Shown in pieces: positions 27,701 to 39,800 of a stretch of DNA of 64,000 bases. The position numbers were made by a program, and so were the translations under genes. Source of the DNA: Hormiphora californensis (lineage: Eukaryota > Animalia > Ctenophora); the NCBI GenBank assembly GCA_020137815.1, contig CM035358.1:1550001-1614000 (forward strand). The letters are read 5' to 3'. How positions within the stretch are numbered: the stretch's first letter is position 1; the number at the start of each line of letters is the position of its first letter. The notes below the pieces were generated by a model. That model was not told the origin of the DNA. It searched no databases and saw only the letters and a program-made list of their open reading frames with translations.

Positions 27701-30700
27701 AGAGGAGGTAATGAGCCTGGAAGTCTCCGAACTCCAGATGGCTACCTATCTCTGGCAGTTTAGGGTAAGTGAACTTCTATCAAATAGTTCAAATTAGTTC
27801 ATGCTATGGTTTCTCATAAGATCAAGACAAACTTTTAACAAATATCGAAGGTTTCCATCAATTTATTTGACCCCCCCCCCTCTTCTCAGAACTCCAAGGT
27901 AACCTCTGGGTACGCTGAGACAACGGCCCAACTCTGTATGGCATCTGGTTTGGGATTAACCCGGGGTGTAGTTGGGGAACCCGCCCAGTTCAGTGTCCAC
28001 ACCGGTAATGCTGGTGTGGGAGAACTAGTTGTCAAGATCTCCAGCCCTACCAGCAGTCCTATCGTGGTAATTAATTAATTCTAGAATCATTGATTAGCTT
28101 TTATATCAATCAATTTAGATTGATGAATTCTAGGCTAATGACAACTTGTAAACAAACCCCGCCTCCCCTCAGCCGCTAGTGGAGGATCTTGGTTTGGGAG
28201 AACATGCTGTCAGCTATGTACCTAACCAAGTTGGAGACTACATAGTTTCTGTCATGTGGGCTGGGAACCACATCCCAGGATCCCCCTTTAAATCTGTTGC
28301 CCTGGGACCCCCGGATGCCACCAAGTGTGTGTTGAGTGGAGAGGGACTGCATGTTGCCCGGCCAGGATGGCCTGCTGAGTTCCTGGTCAATGCTCAGACA
28401 GCTGGTGTAGGACACCTTTCTGCTAATATTCAGGGTAAGTAGTCTTGTAGTGGAATGCACAATACCCAATAGCCCGTAATCCAAGATACTAAACCTCTAT
28501 AATACTATCCGTTTCACCGCAATGTAGCTCTAAAAGTTATGTCTCATAGAATCTTAAAATGGATACTTTCCAATCTTTGTCAGTCTGTGTGATCTTGTAG
28601 GGGGATAATATATGCTATCCCGTTACAGTATAGAGTTACCAAAAGGAGCTATATTGGAGTCATTATTAGTGCAATGAATCTGGGGGAATGAAAGGGGAAA
28701 TTAAACCAAGATCATTGAATCGTTGAAATATCATTTTAATGACTTAGTGCCTATCGTGTAGCGTCATGGGTCTCGTGTTACATGGGATAGTCGCCATGAG
28801 TGTTACACTGAGTTCGTTACAACAATGTTACATTTACACGGCCAGAGAAGCTAGTCCCTAATGTACCTACAACAGGTGTACAGCCTATAATAACGCTATC
28901 GAGCGAGTGAGGCATGCAGTTTCCCCCTTCCCAATAACTCACATTGTCCATACCCCTGTTGTCATAATCTCCCAATAATAACTCCCCTGTTGCCCTAATC
29001 TCCTAATAACTCCCCTGTTGTCCACTAGGTGCCCATACCAACCCCACTGTTGAGGTTGAAGAATACGCTGAGGGTAAATTCAGGGGAACATACAACGCTA
29101 AAGAATCTGGTAAGAGAGGGCTGTTATAGGTAGTTGTAGATCATGAAGATCTGAAAGATACTTCTCTCTCTGTTTTGTAGGGGGATTGGGGCTCTTTTCT
29201 ATATGTTTGTGTGTTTGTTGCTGTGTTGGTGGCACCTCTCCAGGCCCCATGTCTGCCGACTGTAACCTTATTTCACACACAGATCTCTACACACTCTATC
29301 TGTGCTGTATCTTACAGACCATTCGCTAACTGATTTATACACTATCATTCCCTGCCGTATTCATTGTATTCCAGTCCCAGTTTCATAAAATGTAGACTGT
29401 ATTATAAGTTATAACTAGTGTTTATTATAACCGTGACTGTAATTTTGTCCCCTATCTGTCTTGTGAGAAAACAATCAGTATCATAACCTATAATAGTGCT
29501 AATGTTTACTCAATAGTAACCATGTCACCTGCCCCGCTAGGTGACCACGATCTATTTGTGTATTGGTCGAATGAGCCAGTTCCTGGTAGTCCCTTCCTGA
29601 TCCACGTTGAGGACTCCCTACCTCCCAGCTCAATGATCAAAACTACCGGAGGAAGGTTAGTAAAAGTATAATAAAGGGGGAATGTGGTCTGTAAATAGTG
29701 ATTGGGAAGGGGAACTTATAAATGTGGAGAAATTAACCGCGAAAGTCTATAATTTCACGTCCACCATTTATAGGCACCTTGCCGTTTGTCATGCTTAATA
29801 TGACATCTAGCTGGAACATGTGTCTGATTTTAGAAAGCCCCGTCACACGCATTACAAGTGTTATATTACTTTGAGAGGGTATATCTCTGTCTGGCTCGCA
29901 TACCTCCGTTATCGCTTGTGTGTTTCATATAACAGTATATCGAACCATATTCTACCACTTGGGTATCATTGAACCGTTGTATATATTTTGTCCATATATC
30001 GAGTGTCTCAGAACCTGATCAGACTTGTTCTTATTTTACTTGTTTAGTACATCATGATCTATGAGATAAGAACACACGGTGCTGATGGATCTCTTCTCGA
30101 GGTGACACAATGCTACTGCCCCTCCTCCCCTTCCTCCTGTTACAGCTCACCTTCTCCCCCGAAACTGGGGAGTAGGGAGCCAATACAGAGAGTGAGCAGG
30201 GATCAAACACAGAGAGACAGCAGGGAAACACAAAGAGACAGCAGGGAGCCACGGAGAGGGGCCAGGGAAAATCCAGAGTTGTTCCCGTCATCTCGAGTAT
30301 TCCCCAAGACCACTGGCAGGTTCGTCTTAGTGATCATCATAACATGCTAGTAGGTGTACAGTACTATACTCGTTATATATTCAACCTTTGCGGGTGGTTG
30401 GTGATATATGTGTATTAGATGGTGGTATATTTAGCATATGAACAACTGTAGGTCTTAGCTGCAGAGAAAGGAGTTATATTCGCTCAGTATATAGCTACAC
30501 TTATCGTCTTAACCTATTAAAACGTTCTTTTTATCACTCTCTCTCCATCTTTTTATCACGCTGTCTCTCTCCCACCATATCCCTCTATCTCTATTCGCAT
30601 CTATTTCAGCTGCTGGAACGAATGACCTGAGAGCTCTCTTTTTTATTCACTTTACTTCTTCGGTCTAGTCTGCTACTCGACTATATTTCGCTTATAGTTA

Positions 30701-31317
30701 GAAGTACGTTCTCCATGCTTAGCAGTTCTTTCTCTTGATATTGTAGAGTAGTAGCTATACTTTCATTTGCTATGTCCGGAGAGTCGAGCAAGACAATCTT
30801 TCATGACTTAGTTGAATACGATCATGAACTGTCTGCTGTTCATGACTTGTTTCTATTAGATCTATAGCAGGTTGAAAGGTCTAACTACTCGTCTAATGGT
30901 CTGATTCTGTCTACAAAATACGTCTATTTCTAGTCTACTTCGTTCTTACTTTCCGACTTTTTATCTCAAAATCTTTTGATTTGTCTGATATTTAAAATCT
31001 ACCGGATAGATAGCTTAAGTTGTTCATCGTCTGTTCTACCTGACTAGTAAATTTCTAAACTTCTAAACTTTCTAAACTTCTAAACTTTTTGTTGTTTTTG
31101 TCTCCACATGTCATGTTTTTGTCTCCACTTGTTGGTGGTTGGTAGCTTCATTCCAAGTCGTCTTTCTTGTTGTCTGTATGCTTGCGTCTGTCCTTGTCGT
31201 ACTGTTAGTGTAAACTATATGTCAGCCAATCAGTTTTACTAATCCGCCCACGCAACCAACTCTCTCTTCTCTCTCTGCCTCTTTGTCTACTCTCTCTATC
31301 TCTCTGTCTACTCTCTA

Positions 31318-31348
<31 letters not shown>

Positions 31349-33273
31349 TCAAGCGTCTGTCTATTCTCCTTCTACATAATACCCTCACAATTCGTCTATA
31401 CCCACAGCCTCATTCAATCTTGACAAAGCCCTCTCTACCATAACGGGTACACACCAATTAGTTACGTCCGTCTGTGTCTCTTACACAAATGTCTGTCTAT
31501 CTGTCTGTGTCTGTCTGTCTGTGTGTCGCTGTGCTGTCTGTCCCCTATCACATCTCTATCCCCACCCTCTCTCTAGTAATGCTTGCCTCATTTGGCTTCC
31601 TCCCCATTAATTGATCAATAGTGCCAATAACACCCCCCCCCCCTAACAACATCGTACTTGAAAGAAAGAGCACTCATAAGGGGGTCATATCATGATAATA
31701 ACATATGATAATCTCTAGCAGCCAATAACAATTAGAAATCGATCTTAATGTGCATTAGAAATATGTTTTAAGAGCGGAAACATCCCACACAATCCCCCAT
31801 AATCCTCTTGTATTACTAGTCTATATTGCTGCAGCTCTCTCCTTGACATACAATGCAACTTCGTGGTCGGCGGGGTCAGCGTTGTGTACGATTCGATATT
31901 CCATCCTCCCTGTAAGTTATGTGTGTAAGACACTGAATCATTAATAAATACACATGTCACATGCTTGAGAGAAAACAACGTCATTGCTTTTTTGAATGCG
32001 TCATGATCATATTCCTGTTCCTGATGAGTTCCTGATGTGTTCCTTCAAATTGAGTTTCACATTCATCTTGATTGTGTAACACACACATCCCTCTGAGCTG
32101 CTGCTACTGCTGCAGGAGAGGCCTGGGGAGTTTGGAGGTCCAAGGGATATCAAATGTCGAATGTGTTCCTCTGTGTCTTGGGAGACGGAGCGCGCGAGCG
32201 ACATATCAATCTTGGGAGGGATAGTGGCGCGGGGATGGAGGGTAATGGCGCGCGTAACGTGCTTCTAACAAGCAAATTCACCCGCCACTTTTACAGAGCT
32301 GCTCACTGCTTGTCTGGGTGATCAGTAGGATTTTAGGAACAACATCCCTTTTCTAAACTAACCCTTCTTTTTTTCAGAATGCTCCAGACTGACACAGTCC
32401 ACAGAGCGGGGGATAGCATAGAGCTGGACGTGGACACTCAGGACGCAGGAGATGGTCAGCTTGCTGCTGTTGCAATCGGTCCCAAGGGTGATGCAGTACC
32501 TGTTGAGATTATTGCTAACAGAAACAGGACATTCACATTGAAATTACTGACGTCAAAGGGTGGAAGGTTAGTGGTTTGGATCATTATTTCTCTTTTGAAG
32601 GGGCCTACTCTAAAACTCTACTGATATTGAATTGTAATGATGTAACCCCCTCCCTCCTCTGCAGGTACCTGGTTAACGTGTACTTTAACGGTTCTCACAT
32701 CCCCAACTCTCCATTCAAAGTGCGGGTATGTAATCCCGAGGCCATCTGGGCGGAGGGCCCTGGACTGATGGATAGTTTTGTTGGTGAATTGGGTGACTTC
32801 CAGGTGTTTACAAGGGATGCCGGACATGGCACACTCAGTGAGTTAAAACAAATTATTGTTTCCCTCAATTAACTTCTTTCCCTTCCACCATCTCCAAAGT
32901 CCCACCAAACCCTCTTTCAGACTTCACCTCTTTCCCTCATAACTCTCCCCTTTCTTCCTAACTCCCCCTTTCTTCCAGGTGTCAGGGTAAACGGGCCAAA
33001 GGATAAGTTCCGAGTGGACATGTGGAAGGGAGCGGACAGGACAGTAAACTGCCGATATAACCCTGAAGTGGCAGGAAAATATACCATTAACATCAAGTGG
33101 GAAGATGAACATGTTAAGGTAATTTTAATGCCAAACCGTGTTATTTTCTAGTTGTTGGGCTTTTTTTCGTGTTAATATGTTCCGAATTTATTTCATAATC
33201 TCCTCTCCTATCCACTCAGGGAAGTCCGTTCTCTATTCTGGTGAGGAAGCGACCAGAGAATGGTGACTCTTGA
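24750..33273 (+). CDS. Short filamin-like protein (3 calponin-homology domains + 4 filamin Ig repeats); 14 exons (24750-25014, 25362-25480, 26501-26659, 26716-26873, 27054-27166, 27631-27764, 27890-28066, 28173-28434, 29029-29109, 29541-29655, 32378-32566, 32665-32837, 32979-33118, 33220-33273), ~712 aa
   Basis: CH1: IQAHTFIRWMN..GNVKLILGLVWMLI. CH2: NFTNDWNDGRVLSALV..VDELSIMTY. CH3: DWSNGVNLAFLVE..ELQMATYLWQF. Four Ig repeats end in HIPGSPF, PVPGSPF, HIPNSPF and HVKGSPF. Phases are consistent over 2139 nt. Confidence 0.88.
25622..26470. mobile_element. Non-autonomous TIR element in filamin intron 2
   Basis: Ends cagtgcccagggtgtgctattt..tcaaatt and aatttgaaatagcacaccctaggcccactg. Internal 20-bp tandem repeat (caaaaatgaacattttttgt x3) at ~26096-26155. 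Confidence 0.7.
30054..30319 (+). CDS. Probable alternative first coding exon of the filamin-like gene (splices to 32378)
   Basis: Acceptor tttag|tacatcATG, then 88 codons + 2 nt ending cag|gttcgt. This is phase 2, the phase exon 11 needs. Splicing into it from exon 10 hits an immediate stop. Confidence 0.5.
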
Positions 33274-34073
33274 AGAACCAGACCTATGATAATTATAGTA
33301 CCCCTCTAATGTACTTGTAGCAATCTTTTAGCGGAGCCGTGACGTCACGACGTTATGACGTCATAAAGGACGTGTTTAAATGACGTCAGAGTGAAGTGAA
33401 CACGAGATGAGTAGTGTGCCAAGAAACTGTGTTGATTGATATTTAGAAGAGTTATATTTGCTGTACAAAAACCGTATATTTACAGAGCTTGTATTTTAGA
33501 TCTTAGGTTTAGAAATGTTTAATTTCTGCTCTCTCTTTCTCTCTCTCTTTTGGCTGACATTTAACATTTAAACCTTATAATATTATGAAATTTATGGTAC
33601 CATTTAGTACAGAGATGCTGTGTATACAGAGATACAGTATCATGTTATTGTGACATCATTTCTCTTACTTTTGATTATTAACAGTGCCATTCTGTTTATT
33701 TGGTGGGGACAGAGTGAAAAGGCTGAAGAGTGTGTGTGTGACAAAGGTTATTTTATGTTATCATTACATGGTTACAGAAGTCTTGAACTTATACTTTGCG
33801 AACTTTCCAGATTCTCTTCTTCTTCTACACTTGTAAATCTAAAGGAAGAAATCCAGTATACATATTTACAGATATTTTACGTGTAACGTGTGTATGTTCG
33901 AAGATGTTTTTTGAGTTCCCTGTATCATGTTATATAGCTTAGTCTTTTATATTTTCAGATCGTTCTACATAATATACACATTTGCAGTTTAGGGAGAGAG
34001 TAAGCTGTGTAAATACAGTGGCATCAATCTCTACGAATATGAAGAGTTTTACTTTGCCAAACATGTACACTTG

Positions 34074-35098
34074 CGGGGTGTGCGATGGGGTACCGGACAG
34101 AAACTCGAACTCGAACTCGAACTCAAAAATTTCGGACTATAACTCACTTTTGAAAATGTCGAATTTAGGTGAGTTAAGTCCGGATCTGGTGACTTTCTGT
34201 CCGCCCCACTATAAACTATTTACTGTTTGGCGGCGCCAGACCCCAATTTCATTATCCTAATCTGAGCACGCGACAGTGTGCTCAGATGGGGTCGCGGCGC
34301 CAGACAGACTATTTAGCACTGTTTAGGGTGAGTTAGAGTCCAGATGGACACTAACTCACCTGTTCGAGTTGTGGGGGCCAAGGTGGCTTTCTGTCTGCTA
34401 AAAATGTCGAAATTCGACCCCTAAACTCACATATTCGGACTGCAACTCACTTTCGGTAGACAGGGGAAACAAGAGTGACATGAAAAAGGCGGAAAAATGT
34501 GTGAGTTTTTGTCCGCGAATTTCGATTTTCTGTCCGGACTAGAACTCACTTCATGTACTGCAGAGAGAAAAATGCGGGAAGACTTGTCATACACTGACTG
34601 TACACCGCGCAACCGGTGCGAAGAGGGAAGACATGGCGGCGTCGTTGGTAGAGAGAGGGATGCAAAGTTGTATAGAGAGCCTGACAAGGAGAGAGAGGGG
34701 GAGAAAGGGCGGGCTAGTTCAGTTCCCGTTGTTCACTCATACATTTGGTTGAGCTCTGCGATGTACAGTCAGTGCCTGACATTCTGACAACTGCATACGT
34801 TATTTTCGACTGTCCAGGCCTGGTTTATAATATGTAGGGCTGACTGCCGTATCAAGGTTCTGATGCCTGGCCCTGAGTAGTATACATATGGACAACAGTC
34901 TTCTAATTCCCCCATCTCCCCTCCACCCCAATTTGTATGTTTGTTCCCCGTTTGTTTGTTTTTAGAATTTTCTGTAAACAGAAAGGCCGCGACCCCATCT
35001 GAGAATCAAATCGGGGTCTGGCGACGCGACAGGAAAGGCCAAGGGTTTTCAAGATTAAGATTTTGGAAGTTCATGTTTATACCCCTGGCCCACCCCTG
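34074..35098. mobile_element. Possible degraded hAT-like non-autonomous element
   Basis: Imperfect ends cggggtgtgcgatggggtac and atacccctggcccacccctg. Internal inverted motifs (cagatggggtcgcggc / gccgcgaccccatctg; cgccagacccc / ggggtctggcg) and gaactc repeats. No clear TSD. Confidence 0.35.
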
Positions 35099-36075
35099 TT
35101 ATGTCAATTAGCCCCGAGTTAGAATCAGCTGCCATCGAATCCCTCTCATGGGGAGGGAGCTGGAGGGGTTCTATACTATACTATACTAATATATAGATCT
35201 GTCAGTATGCGAGACAGTGTAACTGACAGTAGCACTGTTGCCATATTATTGTATTACTTTTTTGCAACATGTTTTACTTTTACTGATAATGATATAAGAG
35301 CCTCTACTAGAGGCCGGACAGCAGCTTTCTGGCACCGCCACACCCCGTTTCGATTATCAAGCGACATAGTGCTGAGAATTGAGATCGGATGTTGTAACAA
35401 TATTTCCCACACACAGCCACTTTAACTTTTGTTTAACATTTCAAGTTTATCTTTCCATTTTATTTCTAACCATCGGCCCATCCCCAAATTCTTTAACTTT
35501 TCAACCCTTATCTGTTATCTCTTTATCAGTTCAAAACGACCGTTGAGAGAGAGAGAGTGAGAGAAACATGGCGAGAGACCAGAGTTCGTCGCTCGTACGA
35601 GGATTCATGTCACGTGATATTGTCAGCCAATCAGAGACCTCCATTGTTCACGTGATGTTGTTGGCCAATCAGAGACCTGCGTTGATCCCGCGTGATTCAG
35701 TCACGCGGTCAGTCATCTCGCGATGGAAGGGCTCATTTCCTTTGATCGTCATTTCGATTCCTGATCGCCTCTCCCTCTAACTAAAAGGTGAGTCCCTACT
35801 ACTTGCCTTGCTTGTTACCTTTGTTAGGCCAATACTCTGAAACTGGTTCTCGTGCTCAAAGGACAATATGCTCTGACGGGTCATCCTATTTGCTTTACTG
35901 AATAATGAATATCTCTATCATTGTTCTCTCTCTCAGATATCCTGTTTTGAGACTCTAAATGAGAGATCCTGCTACTACAGCAGTTACTACCTACACAGCC
36001 CACTGCAACATCCCACCCAGTTAAACAAGGTAACTCATAGATTATAAAGACACCCTTTTGCAGTGTATTTATTAA

Positions 36076-36459
36076 GGGGGGGGGGGGCAAGGCCAAAAAA
36101 GCCAAACCCGCCCTAAAATCCGGGTCTGATCATGATCTGGCTTTTTTGATCTGGCTTTTTTTTTGGCTTTTTTTGATCTGAATTTGTTTGGCTTTTTTTG
36201 ATCTGGCTTTTTTTGATCTGGCTTTTTTTATATCAAACTTTTTTCGGTATAAATTTTTTCCCTATCGATGTAAAATGGTAAAACTAGATCAAATAAGCCG
36301 TTTTAAAGTGTTTTTAATGTCATACAGACCATATAATGTCAGAATTACATTGTACCAAAATGACCAAAAAAGTAGAGCCGAAAAAAGCCAAACCCGCCCT
36401 GAAATCCGGGATTGATCTGGCTTTTTTTGGCCTTGCCCCCCGCCCCCCCCCCCCCCCCA
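36076..36459. mobile_element. Kolobok-like MITE (TTAA flanks, G-run termini)
   Basis: ttaa|gggg..gcaaggccaaaaaagcca ... tggctttttttggccttgcccc..ccca|ttaa, with internal gatctggctttttt repeats. Confidence 0.6.
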
Positions 36460-36886
36460 TTAATGTGTTTCTATGTATAATTCAATTAGCTCTTTTTTTA
36501 CTGGGGCATCCATTGTTGACTATTATCTAAATCTTCGACTCTCTCGCTAATACCTTGCCCTCAGGAGTTATAAGAGCTAGAGGATCGTGATATTGGCAAA
36601 GAGGATTTAACAAGAAATCAAGAGGATACATTACTTGAGGATTTCTTGAGGATCTGTAGCTGTGGAGGATGTTGGACGTTTGTATCATTTTGTCTCAGCG
36701 AACAAGGTAAGAACTAATCCTGGGGTGGCGAGGGGGTGGTAATATCAATCTTGTCCTTTCTACACTTCATGGCCACTGTTGTTGAGTAACAAGGTCACTG
36801 GGGGTACATTGCTTTTGCACTTAGAATCAGCTCTTGGGTCTCGGGTGCAACTTTTCCCCCTGCCTAGTAGGATCAGATCCATCCAC

Positions 36887-39800
36887 GGTATGTTATATGA
36901 TAGCAGTTTGACAACACATTTTCTTCTAATTTGTCAACTTTTGAGTCACCCATGCAGCTCGCTTGGTCTCCAAATAGAAGTGAAATGGATTACTGCAGGG
37001 GTATCCATGCACACTAGTAAGGCTGGCCTACTTGCACTAAACTTTTAGATCTGTTGAAACTGTGACGGAGTTTCAGGCTACATTTTAAATTGCTCACATA
37101 GTAGCCTTTCTTTGTGAAACCGTGAAGGGGTTTCCTGCATACGTATTATGAAGCACTGAATTTCTGGTTCATATGTCAATTGTCCTTGACCCCCAAAGTT
37201 ATTAACCCGGGTGTTACTCACCAAATCTGAGCTTAGTGCAGTTGTCGCTGCACCCAGTTAACTCGATAACTGGTCAAAATGTAGACAGTAGATTGTAGAT
37301 GTAAATTAGAGCTGCCAATTATATAGTCAATATAAGTTTAGTTAAGTAGTTAATATATTCAAAATTTCTGATATTCGAGAGGTCCAATTGACTGGATTGG
37401 ACCGTTTTTGTCTTGAAATGTTGCAGCAGTCCTAGCACCTGCAGCTGTGTGACTGGCTCCGGGCTGTCTGTTATGACTCATCAAGGTCTGCCGAGATCAT
37501 TTCCTAATTCTAATTCACACATGCTGTACTGGTCTATTGTCGGCCGTCAACTGACTTTAGCTTCCTGTTTTGGTGTGCTTCGGAATTTGGAAGTGATTTA
37601 ATTGGAACTTGGTAGGTCATAGCGCCTTTATTTTGTCTGAAGTGACAAGAGTTATTTGTTTGTACTCTGCCCTCTTATATGGGCACTAAAGTGTCGTCAA
37701 CAGTAAGGCCATGTGTTAAATGTGTAATTTAGAAGCTTCTGAAGTTTTGGTTCCATGTACCTAACTCCCCTCCCCCAACCCCAGGTCCGTAGAGGTCAGC
37801 ATACAACGCCGCTGTTTGAGTTGAAAACGCTTGGAACCTACACAGCCTTGAACAACGGTATGTTATGATAGCAGTTTGACAACACATTTTCTTCTAATTT
37901 GTCAACTTTTGAGTCACCCATGCAGCTCGCTTGGTCTCCAACTATAGAATTGAAATGGATTACTGCAGGGGTATCCATGCACACTAGTAAGGCTGTCCTA
38001 CTTGCACTAAACTTTTTGATCTGTTGAAACTGTAATGGAGTTTCAGGCTACATTCTAAACTGCTCACCTGGTAGCCAATCTTTGTGAAACCGTGAAGGGG
38101 TTTCCTGCATTATAATATTTAGAAGCACTGAATTTCTGGTTCATATGTCAATTGTCCTTGACCCCCAAAGTTATTAACCCGGGTGTTACTCACCAAATCT
38201 GAGCATAGCAGTTGTCGCTGCACCCAGTTCACTCGATAACTGGTTAAAATGTAGGCAGTAGATTGTAGATGTATAACAGAGCTGCCAACTATATAATCAA
38301 TACAAGTTAAGTAGTTAATATATTCAAAATTTCTGATGTTCGAGAGGTCCAATTGACTGGATTGGACCGTTTTTGGCTTGAAATGTTGCAGCAGTCCTAG
38401 CACCTGCAGCTGTGTGACTGGCTCCGGGCCACGAGATCTTATGGCAAACTTCTGTTAACTGATGTTTACCGCACACAATAATGGGAACGTACAAATGTAA
38501 AGTTAATGCTAAGCACAGAGAGCTTTGTTCGGCTGGATGTGTTCTGGTAATGCGTTGACAGCAGCGCATTGCCGGGGGCGGCAACACAAACTGGCGAGTA
38601 GTCGGGGCGATTGACAACCGAACCGGCTACTTGTAAAGACACGACGTGGTAGGTCCATTCTCCCGGGTCCGCCCAATAGTGGAGGTGGGATCGTCAATCG
38701 ACCAGTCGGTAGGTTGGTTGGCGGTTCTGTGTCACCAGCGCCGTTGGACTGTTGTTTGGGGTTCACCATAAGGGACAATGAGAAGCTTCACAACCTTCTA
38801 CAGACTCCTAACGTCCCCCTCATTGTTCCCATTTGATATCAGTTATACACAGTAGTTTGCAAACCAAATTATATAGTGGGCTCTAGTCAAGTCGATTGTT
38901 GAAGTAATAAAATTTGGGAAATTAAAAGGCCGCCAAGTCCTGCATCTCTCCCACCTAATTATCATTGATGACAACCCCTAGTTAACAATGTATTTCTCTT
39001 CAACTAAACACCGCCAGGACTTGGCACCAAGGCCAGGTGTTTAGTTGAAGAAGTCTTGATTCCATGTACCTAACTCCCCCTCCCCCACCCCAGGTCCTTT
39101 GAGGTCAACATACCACGCCGCTGTTTGAGTTGAAAACACTTGGAACCTGCAGAGCCTTGAACAACGGTATGCCCGGTGTCCCGATTTTTTTTTCACGCCT
39201 GGAATTTTCATTTTGGGAGCTCGTTTTGCTGCAGGAATTTTACTATTTGCTGCAGTCATTGAGTCATGGATAGGGATTTTACCGTCCTAAAATACCCCGG
39301 CAGTCCCAGTACCCCTAACATTGGAATATTTCCCTACTGCAGTCCCTATAAGGTTGGAATATTCCTTGGAATATTCCATCTTTGCAGTGCCTGCTGCAGT
39401 GCTGCTGCAGTAGTGGAAATTCCTTGGAATATTCCATCTTTGCAGTGCCTGCTGCAGTGCTGCTGCAGTAGTGGAAATTTTTTGGAATATTCCACTCAGG
39501 GACTGCAACAGTGACTATAACGATCTCACCCCTTTGTAAAGCTATGGGGAAAAAAGAGAGCTATGTTAAAGTATGAATCTCTCTTTTCTTCCCCTTCCCT
39601 GCTGCAGTGCTGCAGCGACTGCAGAGATGGAAAATTCCGAGAAAATTCCACTCAGGTACTGCAACAGTGACTATAACGATCTCACCCCTTTGTAAAGCTA
39701 TGGGGAAAAAAGAGAGCTATGTTAAAGTATGAATCTCTCTTTTCTTTCCCCTTCCCCCTTACTCGACTGTTGTCGGTGCATTACGCACAACTGGGGCATG

